A stretch of 64,000 nucleotides of DNA from an uncultured Gammaproteobacteria bacterium (GTDB taxonomy: Bacteria; Pseudomonadota; Gammaproteobacteria; UBA9214), in contig CAVVHS010000006.1 in NCBI GenBank assembly GCA_963748215.1, positions 416,001-480,000 on the forward strand, given 5' to 3'. Numbering within the stretch: the stretch's first letter is position 1; every line of letters begins with the position of its first letter. Below the pieces are notes generated by a model that had not been told where the DNA came from, ran no database searches, and saw nothing but the letters and a program-made list of their open reading frames with translations. This document shows, one piece after another, positions 51,051 to 60,840 of this stretch. The translations under genes were made by a program, and so were the position numbers.

Positions 51051-52239
51051 ATGATTTACCGCAAAGACACCAAGACCGCAATGAACCTTGGCGCGCACTG
51101 CACCTTCACGCTGTGTGCCGGGCTTGCCCTTTTGCTTGTCTGTGCGGGAGGCGATGCGGCCGTGCTGCCAGAGGACCGTGCCGATGCCCTCTATCATTCT
51201 TATGACGGTGGCGGTGTTGAAATCAGTGGCCCGTCACTGCTGGTGCTGAAGAAGCTTGGACAGAATGTCGCCGTGACGGGCAATTACTACGTCGACTCGG
51301 TGAGCAGCGCGTCGATCGATGTAGAAGTTATCAGTGGCGCTAGCACGTACACTGAGGATCGTACCGAATTCTCCGGCGGGATTGATTACCTGCACGGCAA
51401 TTCGATTATGAGCCTGTCCTACACCAACAGTAGCGAAAACGACTACGATGCAAACACCGCCGGCTTCGGCATCAGCATGGACATGTTCGGCAATATGACT
51501 ACGCTGTCACTGGGCTATGCGCATGGCTGGGATACGGTCGGGAAGAATGGTGACTCCGGCATTTTCCGAAGATGTAAGTAGGCATAACTACCGCTTGGGT
51601 GTCTCGCAGGTGATCACCAAGGACATGATCCTGGAGGTCAATTACGAGGGTATTACTGATGAGGGTTTCCTGAATAATCCCTACCGTTCGTATCGATACG
51701 ATGATGGAAGCGGTGGATATATGCTCGACGACGAACTATACCCGCGCACCCGTACCAGCAGTGCGGTCACGCTGCGCTCAAAATACTATCTGTCCTGGCG
51801 TGCGGCGCTATCGGGCGAGTACCGCTTCTTTGCGGATACCTGGGGTATCGATGCACACACCCTGAAATTCGGCTACACGCACCCGCTCAGTGGCGGGTGG
51901 CAGGTGGAAGGCACATACCGCTACTACACGCAGACTGCCGCTGATTTCTACAATGACCTGTTTCCGTTTGCAGGATCACAGAACTTTCTCGCGCGCGACA
52001 AGGAACTCAGCACGTTTACAAGCAATACACTCGGCGCCAAGCTGAGCTATGACTTCTTCAAGAACGGCTGGCACGCTATCGACAGTGGCAGTGTCAACCT
52101 GGCCTATGATCTGATCTGGTTCGACTACGATGATTTCCGTGATGCGCGTCTTAACAGTCCCAGCGTACCGGCCGGTACCGAGCCCCTGTACAGTTTCACG
52201 GCCGGCGTGCTGCAGTTGTTTGTCTCACTCTGGTTCTGA
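51051..52239 (+). CDS. DUF3570 family outer-membrane protein, split by a +1 frameshift near 51555
   Basis: LPEDRAD..YHSYDGGG, YYVDSVSSASIDV, SSENDY, EGFLNNPYR, YRFFADTWGI, ARDKELSTF, terminal WF; follows TlpA-DUF4266. Confidence 0.82.
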
Positions 52240-52329
52240 GAAAGCATGCCTGACTTGCTGTTGTGGTATAGATGCAGGCGCGATCATCTAACCGACAATT
52301 ACGTGTCTGCAAGATAGTTTATCGCTCCC

Positions 52330-52617
52330 TCATTCGTGCGCTATCGTCTTTTCCGTGAAAAGATAATCTTTCAGTTCCTTGTCGAAGGACGGATCATGGC
52401 GACGGATCCATTCCAGTACCATGGCGGCGTGTTCCTTTTCCTCGTCCCTGTTGTGTGCCAGGATAGCCTTCAGCTCACGGTCCTTGCATACGTCGACACG
52501 CTGGTTATACCAGTCCACGGCCTCCAGTTCCTCCATCAGCGAGGTGATGGCGCGATGCATGTCGCGGGTTTCATCCGAGAGTTCGTTGACGGGTTCGTGA
52601 TAACCTTCGTTTGCCAT
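52330..52617 (-). CDS. Encapsulin-associated-type ferritin-like protein (EncFtn)
   Basis: YHEP..LSDETRDMHRAI.SLMEELEAVDWYNQR...HNRDEEKEHAAM.LEWIRR; 95 aa. Confidence 0.9.
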   Translation of the reverse strand: MANEGYHEPVNELSDETRDMHRAITSLMEELEAVDWYNQRVDVCKDRELKAILAHNRDEEKEHAAMVLEWIRRHDPSFDKELKDYLFTEKTIAHE

Positions 52618-52662
52618 GGTGTGTTCTCCGTTTAGGTCTGTTATCCCGATCAGGGGTCGCTT

Positions 52663-53667
52663 GTGAAGCGATGGCTGCTGTCGCTGGCCGGGGTCTGCCT
52701 GGCTGCATGCGCCGGACCGCAACTCCAGCCTGTCCTCGATACTACACAGGCTGCAATTCTATATCCAGATGTCGCGGTCATGGCCGACGGCTATCGTTTG
52801 CCGCTGGTCGTACACGGCCCGCCGGCTGAACCGAAGGCGATCATACTTGCACTGCATGGCTTCAATGACTATCGCAACGCTTTCAGCGAGACAGGCAGGT
52901 ATTTCGCGGAGCGCGGCATTCTGACAGTTGCCTACGACCAGCGGGGCTTTGGTGAAACCGCGCAACGCGGTATCTGGCCAGGCCAGCAGCTGCTCCAGCA
53001 GGATGCTGCAACCCTCGCCAGACTGATATGCCAGCAGCATCCGGATACGCCGCTGTATCTGCTCGGTGAGAGCATGGGCGGAGCTGTCAGCATGCTGGCC
53101 GCTCTTGAGAATAACGGCGATTGTCTGCATGGTGTAATACTGCTCGCACCTGCAGTATGGGGCTGGCAGGCCATGCCCTTCTGGCAGTCCACCATGCTGA
53201 AGATCGCCGCATGGTTTTTTCCGGCACACGAGGTAACCGGCGAAGGACTGAAAATCAGGCCGTCCGACAACATAGAGATGCTGCGTGCATTGGGACGCGA
53301 TCCACTGGTCATCAAGGCGACACGCATCGACGCGATTTACGGACTCACTGATCTGATGGAACAGGCCTATAAAGCAAGTGCTGAAATTACCCTGCCCGTA
53401 CTGCTGTTGTATGGCGAGCATGACGAGGTGATACCGAAACCCGCCCTGTGCAGAATGGTAGCCGGACTGCCGGAAAATCCCGGTTCAACGTGGCGCATGA
53501 TGCTGTATACGGATGGCTACCATATGCTGACGCGTGACCTCCAGGCGGCGACTGTGCTCGGTGATATTGTCACGTGGGTAACTGCCGGGAATCGCCCGGA
53601 ATTGCCCTCCGGTTACGCTGTGGGTCGTGGGGCGGACCGCTTCGAGGCCTTCTGCGCCGGGGTATGA
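52663..53667 (+). CDS. Alpha/beta hydrolase (lysophospholipase-like) lipoprotein
   Basis: Lipobox LAAC, LHGFNDY, YDQRGFG, GESMGG, GYHMLTRD. Confidence 0.87.
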   Translation: MKRWLLSLAGVCLAACAGPQLQPVLDTTQAAILYPDVAVMADGYRLPLVVHGPPAEPKAIILALHGFNDYRNAFSETGRYFAERGILTVAYDQRGFGETAQRGIWPGQQLLQQDAATLARLICQQHPDTPLYLLGESMGGAVSMLAALENNGDCLHGVILLAPAVWGWQAMPFWQSTMLKIAAWFFPAHEVTGEGLKIRPSDNIEMLRALGRDPLVIKATRIDAIYGLTDLMEQAYKASAEITLPVLLLYGEHDEVIPKPALCRMVAGLPENPGSTWRMMLYTDGYHMLTRDLQAATVLGDIVTWVTAGNRPELPSGYAVGRGADRFEAFCAGV

Positions 53668-53852
53668 AGCATGTCGACAGACCCTGTAGTTGATCTGTAT
53701 CAATTAACGCATATATTCCTGCCGGGTCGTGGGGCGCAGCAGCTGACAGTAAGCGGGTCCGGTTTATAATGAAGCCGACGCTATGCATATCTTATAGGTA
53801 TGCAATGTGGTTTGTGATAAATTGAAATAGTATCGAGTTGGAGGAATAACCT

Positions 53853-54215
53853 ATGAATAAGGTATCGAAGCTCATTGCCTCAACAGTGATTGCCGGTTCT
53901 GCAGCCCTGGCAGCAGGTACGGCAAATGCGTGGTGGGGTAACGACTATTATGATGGTCCCTGGGGTTATCCAGGCTATGGCTGGGGCGGCTATCCCGGTT
54001 ATGGCTGGGGTGGTTATCCCGGTTATGGTGGCTGGGGTGGTTATCCCGGTTATGGTGGCTGGGGGCGTTATGGTGGCTGGGGTGGTTATCCCGGTTATGG
54101 TGGCTGGGGTGGTTATCCCGGTTATGGTGGCTGGGGCGGCTATCCCGGTTATGGCTATGCCGCACCGGTTGCACCGGTTGCACCGACCGCACCGTCAAGC
54201 AGTACCGCCAAGTAA
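53853..54215 (+). CDS. Sulfur globule envelope protein (SgpA/SgpB-like)
   Basis: RBS GGAGG, signal peptide ending ANA-WW, Gly/Tyr/Pro/Trp repeats GYPGYGGWG, Ala/Pro tail. Confidence 0.75.
   Translation: MNKVSKLIASTVIAGSAALAAGTANAWWGNDYYDGPWGYPGYGWGGYPGYGWGGYPGYGGWGGYPGYGGWGRYGGWGGYPGYGGWGGYPGYGGWGGYPGYGYAAPVAPVAPTAPSSSTAK
53961..54157 (+). repeat. In-frame tandem repeat (~24-27 bp unit) within the Sgp-like gene
   Basis: Repeated GGTTATCCCGGTTATGGTGGCTGGGGT units. Confidence 0.9.
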
Positions 54216-54236
54216 GCTGGCATACAGCGGTAACGG

Positions 54237-54267
54237 AAGGCGCGCCCGGCCGGGCGCGCCTTTTTTT
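54237..54267 (+). terminator. Intrinsic terminator after Sgp-like gene
   Basis: AAGGCGCGCCCG-GC-CGGGCGCGCCTT followed by T run. Confidence 0.8.
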
Positions 54268-54272
54268 ATGCG

Positions 54273-55943
54273 CTAGTAGGGTTTCGGTGTTGGGTAATCG
54301 CGGAACACATCCACGCCGCGCATCGGCGGCGCCTGCAGCAGCTGCCACGTGAACAGTTCCTTGGGCTGGGGCAGTTTGCCATCCTGGTAGGCCGACAGAC
54401 AGGCACGCAGGCGCCTGATCTCCGTTGGCATTATCCAGATAGCGTCCGATACCAGCGCCTGCTGCAGTGTTACAGCTTCGTCAAAGTCACCCTTCGCGGC
54501 CCTGGCCAGTGCGAGCAGTTCACGGTGTGGTGGTATCGGTTGCCGTTCGACCAGTTCGCTCGCCAGGTCCAGCGCCGCGGTGGAATCACAGGCCTGCTCT
54601 GTCTCGGGACAGGCTTGCAACTGGATCAGCAGGTAGCGCAATACCGGCTGATCCGGAAAGCGCTTCAGGGCGGCCTCGACCAAGGCCAGGATCTCCGTTT
54701 TCTTATTGCCGGCCTGCAACAGTGCACCGGTGTACGGCAGATATGCCGCCAGATTCCCCGAATCAGAAGCGATCGTGGTGGCGTAATGCTGCTCTGCCTT
54801 GTCAAGTAGTCCGTCTCTGTAATACCGGTTGGCCAGATAGAAATTAGCGCCTGCGTGCGACGGTTCCTGTGCGATCACACGCTGGTACAGGCCTGTTGCA
54901 TCGGCGGCATCACCCTCTTCCTCTGCCAGGATGCCCAGCAGGTACTGTGCCAGCACATTGGATGGAACGCGCGACAGTACGTCTTCTAGTTGCTGTTTTG
55001 CACGCGACTTGTCACCGGTCAGATACAGCGCGCGAGCATAGCTGATGCGGGCCTCGACATTGTCCGGTTCCCGTTCCAGTCCGCGTGCAAAGGCATCACG
55101 GGTACCCACATAGTCCCGTTTCTTGATGGCCTTCATGCCCAGACTGAAATCCACCCGGGATCCCTGCTTCAGTGACTGCAGGCTTTCTATCTGTGGATCC
55201 TCGATGATCGGCAGCCGATCACCCATCTGCTGCTGTTGTGCCTTGGCGGCCTCACTCTGACCGCCCGCCCGCAATGCCTGTGCCAGCGTGTAATGAATCC
55301 GGGTCGCCTCAGGCTGCAATGCCAGTGCACGCTCAAAATAGTCGATGGCACCGGCGAAATCACGCCGCAACACGGCAATCTGGCCGAGACCATACAGTGC
55401 CGCCGCTTCCAGGCCAGCTATCTCGGCAACCTGCCGGTAAGCGGCCTGCGCCTTGTCCAGTTCGTTGAGTTCGAGCCAGGCATCCGCAAGACGCAGCGTT
55501 ACAGGCGGATAGTCGGGACGAAGTCGCCGCGCCTGTTCGAAACGTACGACGGCCTGTTCGGTTTCGCCGGTCACGGCCGTCAGGTAGGCGTGATAGTAGG
55601 CCCAGCGAAAGTTGTCGGGCGCCAGCGTGCGAGCATTGCTGTAACAGGCCATGGCCGCTGTGTATACGCTATGTACCTGATAGAGTGCTCCCAGTTCACC
55701 ATAGGCTTCCGCGATTTCCGCATCCGGCAACTGCCGGTCCACGGCATCGGAGACATGCCGGCGGGCCTCTGCGAGCTGTTCCCGTGTATCGGAGTCCAGC
55801 ATGTCCAGGCTGACCGCGGCGACCAGCTGAAGTCGGTCGATCAACGCTGCAGGTAGCGTGGACAAACTGTCAGCACGCGCAGCCTGGGCGAAAACGAGCA
55901 ACAACAAGGCAAGGACCAATGGGCAGCGGATGACAACAGGCAT
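54273..55943 (-). CDS. Secreted TPR-repeat protein
   Basis: Signal peptide, repeated TPR patterns (AYGELGALY, ALYGLGQIA, AQYLLGIL, ANFYLAN). Confidence 0.85.
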   Translation of the reverse strand: MPVVIRCPLVLALLLLVFAQAARADSLSTLPAALIDRLQLVAAVSLDMLDSDTREQLAEARRHVSDAVDRQLPDAEIAEAYGELGALYQVHSVYTAAMACYSNARTLAPDNFRWAYYHAYLTAVTGETEQAVVRFEQARRLRPDYPPVTLRLADAWLELNELDKAQAAYRQVAEIAGLEAAALYGLGQIAVLRRDFAGAIDYFERALALQPEATRIHYTLAQALRAGGQSEAAKAQQQQMGDRLPIIEDPQIESLQSLKQGSRVDFSLGMKAIKKRDYVGTRDAFARGLEREPDNVEARISYARALYLTGDKSRAKQQLEDVLSRVPSNVLAQYLLGILAEEEGDAADATGLYQRVIAQEPSHAGANFYLANRYYRDGLLDKAEQHYATTIASDSGNLAAYLPYTGALLQAGNKKTEILALVEAALKRFPDQPVLRYLLIQLQACPETEQACDSTAALDLASELVERQPIPPHRELLALARAAKGDFDEAVTLQQALVSDAIWIMPTEIRRLRACLSAYQDGKLPQPKELFTWQLLQAPPMRGVDVFRDYPTPKPY

Positions 55944-55948
55944 GGGTA

Positions 55949-57787
55949 TTACTCGACAGCCGTCTGGAGAATCGTGAGGGTGGTATCGACACGGTCCACT
56001 GCAACCGCCTGAACCTGACCACCCGGCCAGGTGACACGCAGTGCATCGATCCGCTCGTTTTCGCCGAGCCCGAAGGTCACCGGTAATTCGACCTGTGACA
56101 GATAACTGCGTGTCGGCATGACTACGCGGCGCTGGGTAGTACCACCGGCCTGCAATTCGAGAACGGCACCAATGGCGCTGCGGTTCGCGTCACGGCCTTC
56201 CAGTCGCACACGCAGCCAGTGATGACCGAGTTGCTGGTTATTACGGAACAGTATAGCCGTACGCCCGTTCTGGTTGACGGCGATATCGAGATCGCCATCA
56301 TTATCAATGTCGGCATAGGCAGCTCCCCGGCCGACCATGGGTTCGTTGAGGTCGCCGGGGTCGGCGATCAGCTGGAAACGGGTGCGGCAGGCATCGCCGC
56401 AGTTCCAGAACAGCTGGGCGGGCTGCGCGTAGGTCTGGCTGGGCTGTACCACGTTGATCTCGGTTTCCAGGTGACCATTGGCCTGGAACAGGTCAAGTCG
56501 GCCGTCCAGGTCATAGTCGAAGAAGAACAGGCCGAAGGTCAGCGCCAGGCGTGAAGCGGGACCAAAGCCTTCCAGGACTGCTTCGTCGGCAAACGGCGGC
56601 TTGCCGTCGGCCGTGACATACAATGAACTCATCTCGTTGGCGAAGTTGCCGATGCCGATGGCCAGGTCGTCGTCGTTGCGGTACCAGGCGCTGTCGATAC
56701 CCATGGCGCCGGTTGCTTTCCCGTTGCGATCGTAAGCGATGCCCTCCAGTACACCGATTTCCTCGAACCTGCCCTGCCCCAGGTTGTGGTAGAGAAAATT
56801 ACGGGTGGTGTCGTTGGCGACGAACAGGTCGACCAGTCCGTCATGGTCGTAGTCCACCGGTGCGACTGCCAGCGCCTTGCCGACCGCGACACCCGTTTTC
56901 GGGTCCCTGACAATCATGCCGGCGGATTCCGTGATGTCGGTAAACGCGCCGTTCCCGTCATTGCGGTACAGGTGGTTGAGAGTGCCATAGAAGTGATTGG
57001 GGGCGCCGATCGCCCGGCCGACCCCGGTCAGTCGAAAATCGATTTCCAGGTCAATCTTGCGCGACCATTCGACATAGTTACCGGCAAACAGGTCGAGGTC
57101 GCCGTCGTTGTCTATGTCGATGAAGGCGGCAGCGGTACTCCATTCGGCCGACGTGCCGGCCGTGTTGCTGCCTGGCGTGACATCGCTGAATGTACCACGC
57201 ACGTTTCTGAGCAGGTGGTTCTCACCCAGCGCAGTCAGGTACAGGTCGGTCCAGCCATCATTGTCGAAGTCGCCAACGGCGACGCCCATGCAGTAACAGG
57301 TCAACGCGAGACCGGACGGTTGCGTAACATCGGTAAAGTTGCCGCTGCCGTCATTGCGGTACAGGGCCTGGGTCGGGGCCTCGCCCTGGTGCTGGCCGGG
57401 AAACCAGTCCGAGTTGACCAGCAACAGGTCCTGGTCGCCGTCATTGTCATAATCCAGGAACGCGATGCCACTGCCAATGGCCTCCGGGATGAGTTTTTCG
57501 CCATAGGCACCGTTGGTGTGTGTAAAAGCGATGCCTGCGCTTTTCGTGATGTCCTTGAATGACGTCGCTGGTGCCCGGGGTTCGCCGGTCTTGTCATCGA
57601 CGACCGGACCCGTGGGTGTGGCCTCGACAACCGGCAGGGGTGTTTCGTCTTCCTGGCGCAGGTACCACATCACCCCGGCCGCGATCACCGCCAGTACCAG
57701 TATGATAACCAGAGAGCGGTAAAATGCACCACGTATGATGGATTCCCCGTGATGCTGGTCGTGCCCGGGCTGTCTCTGTTTATTCAC
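55949..57787 (-). CDS. CRTAC1/ASPIC-UnbV family protein with FG-GAP (VCBS) repeats
   Basis: N-terminal TM, repeated DYDNDGDQDL/DFDNDGWTDL/DIDNDGDLDL, C-terminal NRSAIGA..SYLSQ..FGLG..VTWPGG; GTG start 57787. Confidence 0.9.
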   Translation of the reverse strand: MNKQRQPGHDQHHGESIIRGAFYRSLVIILVLAVIAAGVMWYLRQEDETPLPVVEATPTGPVVDDKTGEPRAPATSFKDITKSAGIAFTHTNGAYGEKLIPEAIGSGIAFLDYDNDGDQDLLLVNSDWFPGQHQGEAPTQALYRNDGSGNFTDVTQPSGLALTCYCMGVAVGDFDNDGWTDLYLTALGENHLLRNVRGTFSDVTPGSNTAGTSAEWSTAAAFIDIDNDGDLDLFAGNYVEWSRKIDLEIDFRLTGVGRAIGAPNHFYGTLNHLYRNDGNGAFTDITESAGMIVRDPKTGVAVGKALAVAPVDYDHDGLVDLFVANDTTRNFLYHNLGQGRFEEIGVLEGIAYDRNGKATGAMGIDSAWYRNDDDLAIGIGNFANEMSSLYVTADGKPPFADEAVLEGFGPASRLALTFGLFFFDYDLDGRLDLFQANGHLETEINVVQPSQTYAQPAQLFWNCGDACRTRFQLIADPGDLNEPMVGRGAAYADIDNDGDLDIAVNQNGRTAILFRNNQQLGHHWLRVRLEGRDANRSAIGAVLELQAGGTTQRRVVMPTRSYLSQVELPVTFGLGENERIDALRVTWPGGQVQAVAVDRVDTTLTILQTAVE

Positions 57788-60659
57788 CTGTATTTGTCTC
57801 TCCGGCTGTTGCAGGTGAAAGTGTACCGTCCCGGCCGTCATGGCGTGTTTGATCTGCATCAGGTTCGCGTGCAAGTGCCAGCTGCTGTGCACTGCAGGCC
57901 GTTCCTGCTGCAGGTAAGGTCATGTCGTCCGCCTGGACGCGATTCAATTCGTAGATGGCGATGGCCGCCGCGGCATGGTCGGCGGCCGGATTGGCGGTGC
58001 GATGGCGGGTAACCGCCTGTTCGATCGCGCTGTCATCACGTCGGAACTGTTCGTGCAGTGTGCGATGGTGGTCCGCGAGTTCGGTATTGCCCTGCTGCGC
58101 GTACACCAGCGCCAGGTTGAAATGCGCGGCCGCGTCTTCGGGATCGATGACCAGCGTCCTGTCGAACCATCCACGTGCGAGGTCCAGCTGTATCTTGCGG
58201 TCCTGCTGATGCCGCTCTCCGCGCAGCTGCCGCGCCCGCTCGTACAGCGCGCGACCGAGTTCGTTGAGCAGGCGGGTGTCGCGCGAAAAATCGTAGCCAC
58301 GCTGACGGGCCAGGTTGAACCGGTTGTCGACGATGGATTCCAGGGTCGCTATGGCTTCCTCGAGGTGACCGTTCTGGCGATCGATGAGGGCGCTGTACCA
58401 GGCGACCGTCCAGGGTACGGCAGGCTTTGCCGCCTTGCCTGCGCGCACCAGCGCCGTGGCTGCATCATCCAGGCGGCCTTCCTTGAAGTAGACGCGTGCC
58501 AGGTTGAGAGCACCGTACCCCTCTCCCAGCGACTCGACCTCGCGAAAGGCCTGTTCCGCCTGGCGCAGTTCTCCCTTGCCGGACCCGCTGTCGCCCTCGC
58601 GCAGCAGTCCGATGCCGTAATCGTTCCAGCGTTCGGTGAGTGCTATGTCCTGTGACTGTTCCGGCAGCGGCTGCGTACTGCCGGCTATCGGGATGCGCAC
58701 CGAGTCACGGGCCATGACCGTGACCGGCAGCGTATTGCAATCGAAGGCGTCGCCCTGGATGTGCCTGAGATAGGTGGTGTCGAACTTGCGGTAATTGAGA
58801 CGTGCGTCCAGCGTCACCTCGCCGCTGGCATCTGCGGGCACCTCCAGCAGGTAATGCACCACCGTGGCCGCCCCGGGTGGTATCTGGTGGTTGTACAGGG
58901 GTACGAAGATGTCCTGCGCGTTGCGCCGGTCTATGCGGTTGCCATCGCGGTCCAGTACGTAGGCATTGGCGAAGTAAGACCAGGGATCGACCATTCCACT
59001 CTTGTCCAGTGCCCCGCTACGGCCGATCAGGGTTTCCCCGTTGCGGGCTGCAAGCTCCAGCCAGAGTTCATTGGAATCCGCGGTGCCCTCGGTCATGGCA
59101 TGTCCCATCCCCGTGGTGCGGATCACGACCTCGACGAGGTAGCGACTGCCCGGCTTGAGTTCGGGCAGTGTCGGTCTTAACGGCGCATGCAGTATCCCGT
59201 CGATATGACCTTCCTCCTTGATGCCGAAAATATCGATGCGTGCGGCCTTGCGTAACTGTTCCTGCTGGGTCTCGATGACGGCACCGGGCAGGTCCACCAT
59301 GCTCGCAACACCGGTATTCGCGCCCGGGAACTGGTGACTGTGGATGCTGCGCTTGCCACTGGCGTCGAAATCACGCGCGGCCGGGTCATCTGACGCCTCG
59401 AGCGGCATGTGGCACTGGCTGCAACGTGGCACGGCACGTGGCGGGTAGTAGAAACTGTCGACCCGGTGACCGGATACCCCGCTCTGCAGGAAGCTGTCGT
59501 AGTGGTCCTGGCCGCGCAGCCAGCGGTAGTGGTTGATCTCCTCCGTCAGGCTGACCTTGTGGCAGACCGAGCAGAACTCGGCCGACTGGTGCAGGGGTTT
59601 CAGCAGGGTCTTCTTGTGCAGTTCCGGCTTGGCCCTGATCAGCAGATGATTGATATTCGTGAGCAGCGTGGCGTCGCTGAACGCAAACGGGTAGCGCAGC
59701 GGATCGACCAGGGTGTAATCGCCGTTGCCGCGCGGGCTGTTGATGCGTTCGATGGCATGACAGGCCATGCAGGTGATACCGGCCAGTCCGGTCGGGTCAT
59801 TGACCAGGTCAAAGTCCGGATCATCAAAGCGGCCGCTGAACAGCGGCACGGGGTCGTGACAGGCGGCGCAGAAGCGCGACATCCGTACTGAACCGTCTCG
59901 CTCGAGGGCGACCTTGCGGGTCTCCTCGACGCTGAACTTGTAGGCAGGGTTGTTCATGGAACTGAAGCGATGCATGCTGTGTTCATGCGTCTTTGCAATG
60001 TTCTCGTGGCAGACGGCGCAGGCCGCGTCCGTCATCAGGTGCTCCGGCGGTATCGATTCCGTACCGGCAAGCCGGGCGAACGAGGGCGGGAATTCGGCGC
60101 TGGTCTCCACATGCTCCTGCATGACCGGGCCTGCCTGCAGTATGACCATCATGGCAGCAAAGCCCAGTGCGGCCAGTGACCAGCGCATGCCGCTGCGCCA
60201 GTGTATGGGAGGGCCGGCCAGGCGATGCAGTACGAACAGCCAGATCACCGCAAACGGGCTGATGACATGGAGCCAGTAGCCGGCACGCCGGATGGTCGGG
60301 TCATTGAGCTCAAAGAATTCGAACCGGGTCAGCAACAGGCCGGTCAGCAGCAGGACCAGCGTGCTGGCGAACAATGCGAAACCGGCACGAATGGCGGCGC
60401 GGTTCGGTCGTCGAACGGCGCGCCGCATGTGGCCGGTTGCGAATGCGAGGAACGGCAGGATCAGCACCAGGCCCAGCAGCAGGTGTACCAGGAACATCAG
60501 CAGGTAGAAGTAATCCTGATAGAGCCGGCCGGTGAATTCCTCCAGTAATGTGATCGAGACCAGGTAGACCGAGTTGACCGCCATCAGGGCGAACAACAGG
60601 AACACGGCGGTCAGCAGCTTGCCGAGACGAGGGGTGATTACCGGGTGGGTGGTTTCCAT
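57780..60659 (-). CDS. Membrane-anchored multiheme c-type cytochrome with C-terminal TPRs
   Basis: N-terminal His-containing TM helices, five CxxCH (CAVCH, CAACH, CMACH, CSVCH, CSQCH), SHQFPGAN, TPR tail; start 60659 or 60668. Confidence 0.87.
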   Translation of the reverse strand: METTHPVITPRLGKLLTAVFLLFALMAVNSVYLVSITLLEEFTGRLYQDYFYLLMFLVHLLLGLVLILPFLAFATGHMRRAVRRPNRAAIRAGFALFASTLVLLLTGLLLTRFEFFELNDPTIRRAGYWLHVISPFAVIWLFVLHRLAGPPIHWRSGMRWSLAALGFAAMMVILQAGPVMQEHVETSAEFPPSFARLAGTESIPPEHLMTDAACAVCHENIAKTHEHSMHRFSSMNNPAYKFSVEETRKVALERDGSVRMSRFCAACHDPVPLFSGRFDDPDFDLVNDPTGLAGITCMACHAIERINSPRGNGDYTLVDPLRYPFAFSDATLLTNINHLLIRAKPELHKKTLLKPLHQSAEFCSVCHKVSLTEEINHYRWLRGQDHYDSFLQSGVSGHRVDSFYYPPRAVPRCSQCHMPLEASDDPAARDFDASGKRSIHSHQFPGANTGVASMVDLPGAVIETQQEQLRKAARIDIFGIKEEGHIDGILHAPLRPTLPELKPGSRYLVEVVIRTTGMGHAMTEGTADSNELWLELAARNGETLIGRSGALDKSGMVDPWSYFANAYVLDRDGNRIDRRNAQDIFVPLYNHQIPPGAATVVHYLLEVPADASGEVTLDARLNYRKFDTTYLRHIQGDAFDCNTLPVTVMARDSVRIPIAGSTQPLPEQSQDIALTERWNDYGIGLLREGDSGSGKGELRQAEQAFREVESLGEGYGALNLARVYFKEGRLDDAATALVRAGKAAKPAVPWTVAWYSALIDRQNGHLEEAIATLESIVDNRFNLARQRGYDFSRDTRLLNELGRALYERARQLRGERHQQDRKIQLDLARGWFDRTLVIDPEDAAAHFNLALVYAQQGNTELADHHRTLHEQFRRDDSAIEQAVTRHRTANPAADHAAAAIAIYELNRVQADDMTLPAAGTACSAQQLALAREPDADQTRHDGRDGTLSPATAGETNTGE

Positions 60660-60840
60660 GATTGTCATATCTTGCTGATTTAGCCGGTAAATAATAACTT
60701 CATGGCGCCGGCGGATACTTGATTTAAAGCAAATGACGATGATGAAAGACACAAGCGCGGGTTTACAGTCGGGGTTGGCGTGACGTCGTGATATTTCAGC
60801 CTTGCGCCGTTTGGCCCGAGCCCGCGTGGCTGCTCTACAT

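Noticed and set aside
53961-54157. Short-period repeat as CRISPR or non-coding VNTR
   Set aside because: In-frame coding repeat inside a signal-peptide-bearing gene; no spacers
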